Assembly (NCBI GenBank): GCA_036524155.1
Contig: DATDCV010000506.1
Span: 1,029 to 65,028 of the forward strand
Direction: 5' to 3'
Origin: Verrucomicrobiia bacterium
GTDB lineage: Bacteria > Verrucomicrobiota > Verrucomicrobiia > Limisphaerales > UBA8199
DNA length: 64,000 nt
Shown here: piece by piece, positions 61,291-64,000 of the stretch
How the letters are laid out: the number at the start of each line of letters is the position of its first letter
How positions within the stretch are numbered: the stretch's first letter is position 1
Position numbers and translations under genes: made by a program
Notes under the pieces: model-generated
Told to the model about the DNA's origin: nothing
What the model saw: the letters and a program-made list of their open reading frames with translations, nothing else
Databases searched by the model: none

Positions 61291-63018
61291 TCACGGCCAG
61301 CGCACGCGGTAGAACCGCCTTGGATGATTCGTCCACTCGGGGTCGCCAAAATAGAGCGCACCGTTGGTAAGTGTGCAGTTCTGTACGGAAGCCCACACGA
61401 GATGACCTAAGTCTTCACAGGCGTCGATCACGACTGGAATGTTGACCGTTCCCCTGACATTGAACCCAAACCGGTTAGTCCGGACGCCGAAATTGATGTC
61501 GCTGGGCTGCGCCTGCGCGTTCCACAGCCTAGCTGGACTACCGCCGAACGGCAGCAGCGCCCAGCCATTGGGCGCCGTCGTGCCCCAGCCTGTGGTACCC
61601 GGCAGGAAATGCACGATTGCATCCGCGAACACGCCATCCCAGTCAACGCCGGGGGCATTACCCTCAAAAAAGACCCCCTCCAGGCTGGCGCAGCCCTCGA
61701 ACCCAGCCCCGTTGATGCTTATGACGTTGCCCGGGATCGTGACGTTGGTCAGACTGGTGCAGTAAGAGAAGGCAGCATGTCCGATGTTGGTGACGCCGCT
61801 CCCAAGCCTAATACTGGTCAGGCAGGAGCACCCACTGAACGCCCACGCCTCAATTTCAGCGACACTGTTCGGAATGGCGAGGTTAGTCAGCGCTGTGCAG
61901 TCAGCGAACGCGCCCTCCGCGATGCTGGTGAGGGCCTCAGATAAAGTGACCGCAGATATGTTGGTGCAAGAAAAGAACGCATGGGCCCCCAGCGTTGTGA
62001 CGCTGTTGGGGATGCTGAGACTGCGCAAGTTGGTGCAGTAATCAAACGCATAAGCTCCTATCGTCGTGACACCCTCGGGGATGATAATGTTGGCCAGACT
62101 GCCGCAGTCGCCGAAAACAGCGTCCTCGATGCGGGTGGCGCTGTCCGGAATGCTAACCGCGACAAGGTCTGTGCATTCGAGGAACATGCCACTGGCGATA
62201 CTTATGACGCCCTGGGGGATGGTGACGTTGGTTAGGCTCCTGCAGTAGGCGAACGCTTCTTCTCCAATGCTGGTGATGGTGTCTGGCATGGTCACGCCAG
62301 CCAGATTGAAGCACCATCCAAAAGCCTGGCTGCCGATCTGGCTCACGCTGTTCGGCAACGCGATGGTGGTCAGGCTTCGGCAATAGGAAAAGGCGCCCAC
62401 GCCGACATTCGAGACGCTGCCAGGGATAACGACGTTAGTGAGGCTGGTGGCATTCGCGAACGCTCCATCGGCGATCGTAATCACCGTGTTCGGGATGCTG
62501 CAGCTTCCGGCTTTGGCCGGCGGCCACTTGATGAGCCTGGCCTGGTCTTTGTCAAACAACACTCCGTCCGCACTGCAGTAGGAGGGGTTCAGGGGATTCA
62601 CCGTTATCGAGAATAGGTCTGTGGAGCCGTAGAACGCAGCGTTTCCAATGTTCGTGACGCTGGTCGGGAAAATCACGTTCGTCAGCCCTTTGGCGTGTGA
62701 AAACGCAAAATCAGCGACGGCCGTGACTGGCAGGCCGTTAATCGTCCCCGGGATTGCTGCCTCGCCAGGACCCTGCCAAGCCGTGATGGAGATCGTGCCG
62801 TTATTAGTTGTGTAAGTGAACTGGGCCTGTATCGTGGCTGGCACCGCCGCGCAAAGGAGAGTCAGAATGCCCGAAGCACAAGAACGGACGGTGCCTCCGA
62901 TGCTGTAGGCCGATAAAAACATACGGCTGCAGCCATATCTGGCCTGGCGAGGTTTCATAGTCCAACATCCTTCGACCGACCCTAACCCTTTGGTTGCTGG
63001 TGACACTAATTGAATCAC
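61291..63018 (-). CDS. Secreted BspA-type leucine-rich-repeat (LRR_5) protein with FYR-type tail
   Basis: About 15 repeats of IP.SVT.IG..AF..C.SLT.V.I. The probable start is the internal ATG at 62958 (MKPRQ...), before the signal peptide. Tail ...EWTNHPRRFYRVRWP. Confidence 0.85.
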   Translation of the reverse strand: MIQLVSPATKGLGSVEGCWTMKPRQARYGCSRMFLSAYSIGGTVRSCASGILTLLCAAVPATIQAQFTYTTNNGTISITAWQGPGEAAIPGTINGLPVTAVADFAFSHAKGLTNVIFPTSVTNIGNAAFYGSTDLFSITVNPLNPSYCSADGVLFDKDQARLIKWPPAKAGSCSIPNTVITIADGAFANATSLTNVVIPGSVSNVGVGAFSYCRSLTTIALPNSVSQIGSQAFGWCFNLAGVTMPDTITSIGEEAFAYCRSLTNVTIPQGVISIASGMFLECTDLVAVSIPDSATRIEDAVFGDCGSLANIIIPEGVTTIGAYAFDYCTNLRSLSIPNSVTTLGAHAFFSCTNISAVTLSEALTSIAEGAFADCTALTNLAIPNSVAEIEAWAFSGCSCLTSIRLGSGVTNIGHAAFSYCTSLTNVTIPGNVISINGAGFEGCASLEGVFFEGNAPGVDWDGVFADAIVHFLPGTTGWGTTAPNGWALLPFGGSPARLWNAQAQPSDINFGVRTNRFGFNVRGTVNIPVVIDACEDLGHLVWASVQNCTLTNGALYFGDPEWTNHPRRFYRVRWP

Positions 63019-63087
63019 GAATGCATAAACTATTCCAGCTCAAATTAATCTTAATTTATGGTCGCGCCGTCGCCCTCTGCGTGATTC

Positions 63088-63570
63088 TCACGCCGAACGC
63101 GTGAAAACCACGCATAAGATGTGGTCAACGATGTGTCGGTGAACGGTAATGCATGCTCCTGCGTTCGCTCGGGAAGCCAAGCTCGGTTGGTCCGGAGTGG
63201 CGATGGTCACCGCGTCCAATTCCTTCAGCGCGAGCAGTTCGTCGAACCGCGTGAATTGCCGGGGCGCCTGGCCGCTTTTGTCGAGGATGCGTTTCGCGGC
63301 GGCCTCCCGGTTCTTGCGCCAGACATCGCACACCGCCACGACCTTGACGTTCTGTTTTTCCCCCAACGCCAGTATGTCCGCCAGCAACGCCGAGCCGCGG
63401 CCGCCCACGCCGATGCAACCGATCCGTATGGTCTCATTCGCCCCGGCCGCCGTGGTTGCCACCGCGGGGCAGGTGCCGAGCGCGACGCTGCCAAGCAGAG
63501 CATTTTTCAGAAATGTCCGGCGCGGCATGGCCGGCAAACCGATCGGAGTCTCATCGTGTTCGTTCATCAT
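63088..63570 (-). pseudogene. Truncated duplicate of the Gfo/Idh/MocA oxidoreductase 5' end
   Basis: The first 126 aa differ at 12 positions (by my count) from the 57371-58621 protein up to ...AVTIATPD, then diverge into unrelated sequence. Nucleotide homology spans 63191-63592 versus 58245-58645. Confidence 0.8.
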
Positions 63571-63597
63571 AGAAGTGTGTTGATGTCGCGTTCCGGC

Positions 63598-64000
63598 TCA
63601 GGGGCCAAGCGGACGATAGGCCCGAACGCGATAGAATTCCGTTTGGTTGGTGACGCCGACGTTGAAGGTGGCGCTGTTGGTGCCTAGACCGAGGCCAACC
63701 AAATCCGTCCACGAATCCATCGCGCCGAGCGAGTCACGAGATTCAATGATGTAGCAGCGGGTCGGCACACTGTCCCAACGGAGGGTCATGGAATCCGGCA
63801 TCATTTCGTCGCGAGCGGCGTAGGTGATTCGCAGCGCGCTATGGGCATTGGTTGGGTTGGTGCCGGCGAGGTATTCCTGCAAGTTGGATTGACCGTCGCC
63901 GTCCGCGTCGGCGTTGGGAGTGGCGTTGGTCCCGCCGAAGTATTGAATTTCCCAGGCGTCAGGCAGACCGTCGTGGTCGGCATCTATGCCCGGCGCGACC
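63598..64000 (-). CDS. 3' part of a secreted protein (5' end outside window) with thrombospondin-type-3-like Ca-binding motif and FYR-type tail
   Basis: The frame stays open to the window edge: ...DADHDGLPDAWEIQYFGGTNATPNADADGDGQSNLQEYLAGTNPTN... then YIIESRDSLGAMDSWTDL...TEFYRVRAYRPLGP-stop. Confidence 0.75.
   Translation of the reverse strand, partial: VAPGIDADHDGLPDAWEIQYFGGTNATPNADADGDGQSNLQEYLAGTNPTNAHSALRITYAARDEMMPDSMTLRWDSVPTRCYIIESRDSLGAMDSWTDLVGLGLGTNSATFNVGVTNQTEFYRVRAYRPLGP

Overview
High-GC bacterial chromosome segment, most consistent with Verrucomicrobiota (Pedosphaera/Limisphaerales-like) or another PVC-group organism. The basis is Gloeo_Verruco (GloVer) repeats, a prepilin-leader DUF1559/H-X9-DG protein, Tat-signal Gfo/Idh/MocA oxidoreductases, a sulfatase and many large secreted beta-propeller proteins. 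No rRNA, tRNA, CRISPR array, transposase or integrase is recognisable. Ordinary content: a compact Tat-dependent [NiFe]-hydrogenase cluster (small subunit, large subunit, maturation protease), a Mo-oxidoreductase, an ABC-2 exporter, photolyase, sulfatase, a Na+/solute symporter, NmrA, YhbY, a URO-D-family enzyme, a beta-lactamase-fold hydrolase and an S41-like peptidase. Most interesting content follows. (1) A lower-GC island at about 30.3-37.3 kb. It holds a translationally coupled XRE-HTH / ImmA-IrrE protease / ABC-ATPase-Toprim (OLD- or fused-PARIS-like) cassette. This is followed by an RNase HI with a C-terminal zinc ribbon, a Dam-family methylase, a PUA-like + PD-(D/E)xK nuclease and an NTase-like pair. 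This is my best candidate for an uncharacterised defence system. (2) A LolA-like/TlpA-like redoxin gene with an in-frame TGA exactly at the first Cys of the CxxC motif, plus a downstream hairpin, making it a selenocysteine candidate. (3) About ten secreted repeat proteins (GloVer, RCC1, LVIVD, NHL, LRR and others) share a C-terminal module ending in (R)FYR(L/V). (4) A circularly permuted malectin domain is inserted in a PQQ-type propeller. (5) Several families of long structured palindromic repeats occur, one showing a compensatory base change between copies. (6) Gene decay and rearrangement scars are present: toxin-antitoxin relics, a duplicated permease 3' end, and a duplicated oxidoreductase 5' end. 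All calls rest on motif reading by eye; no database search was run.
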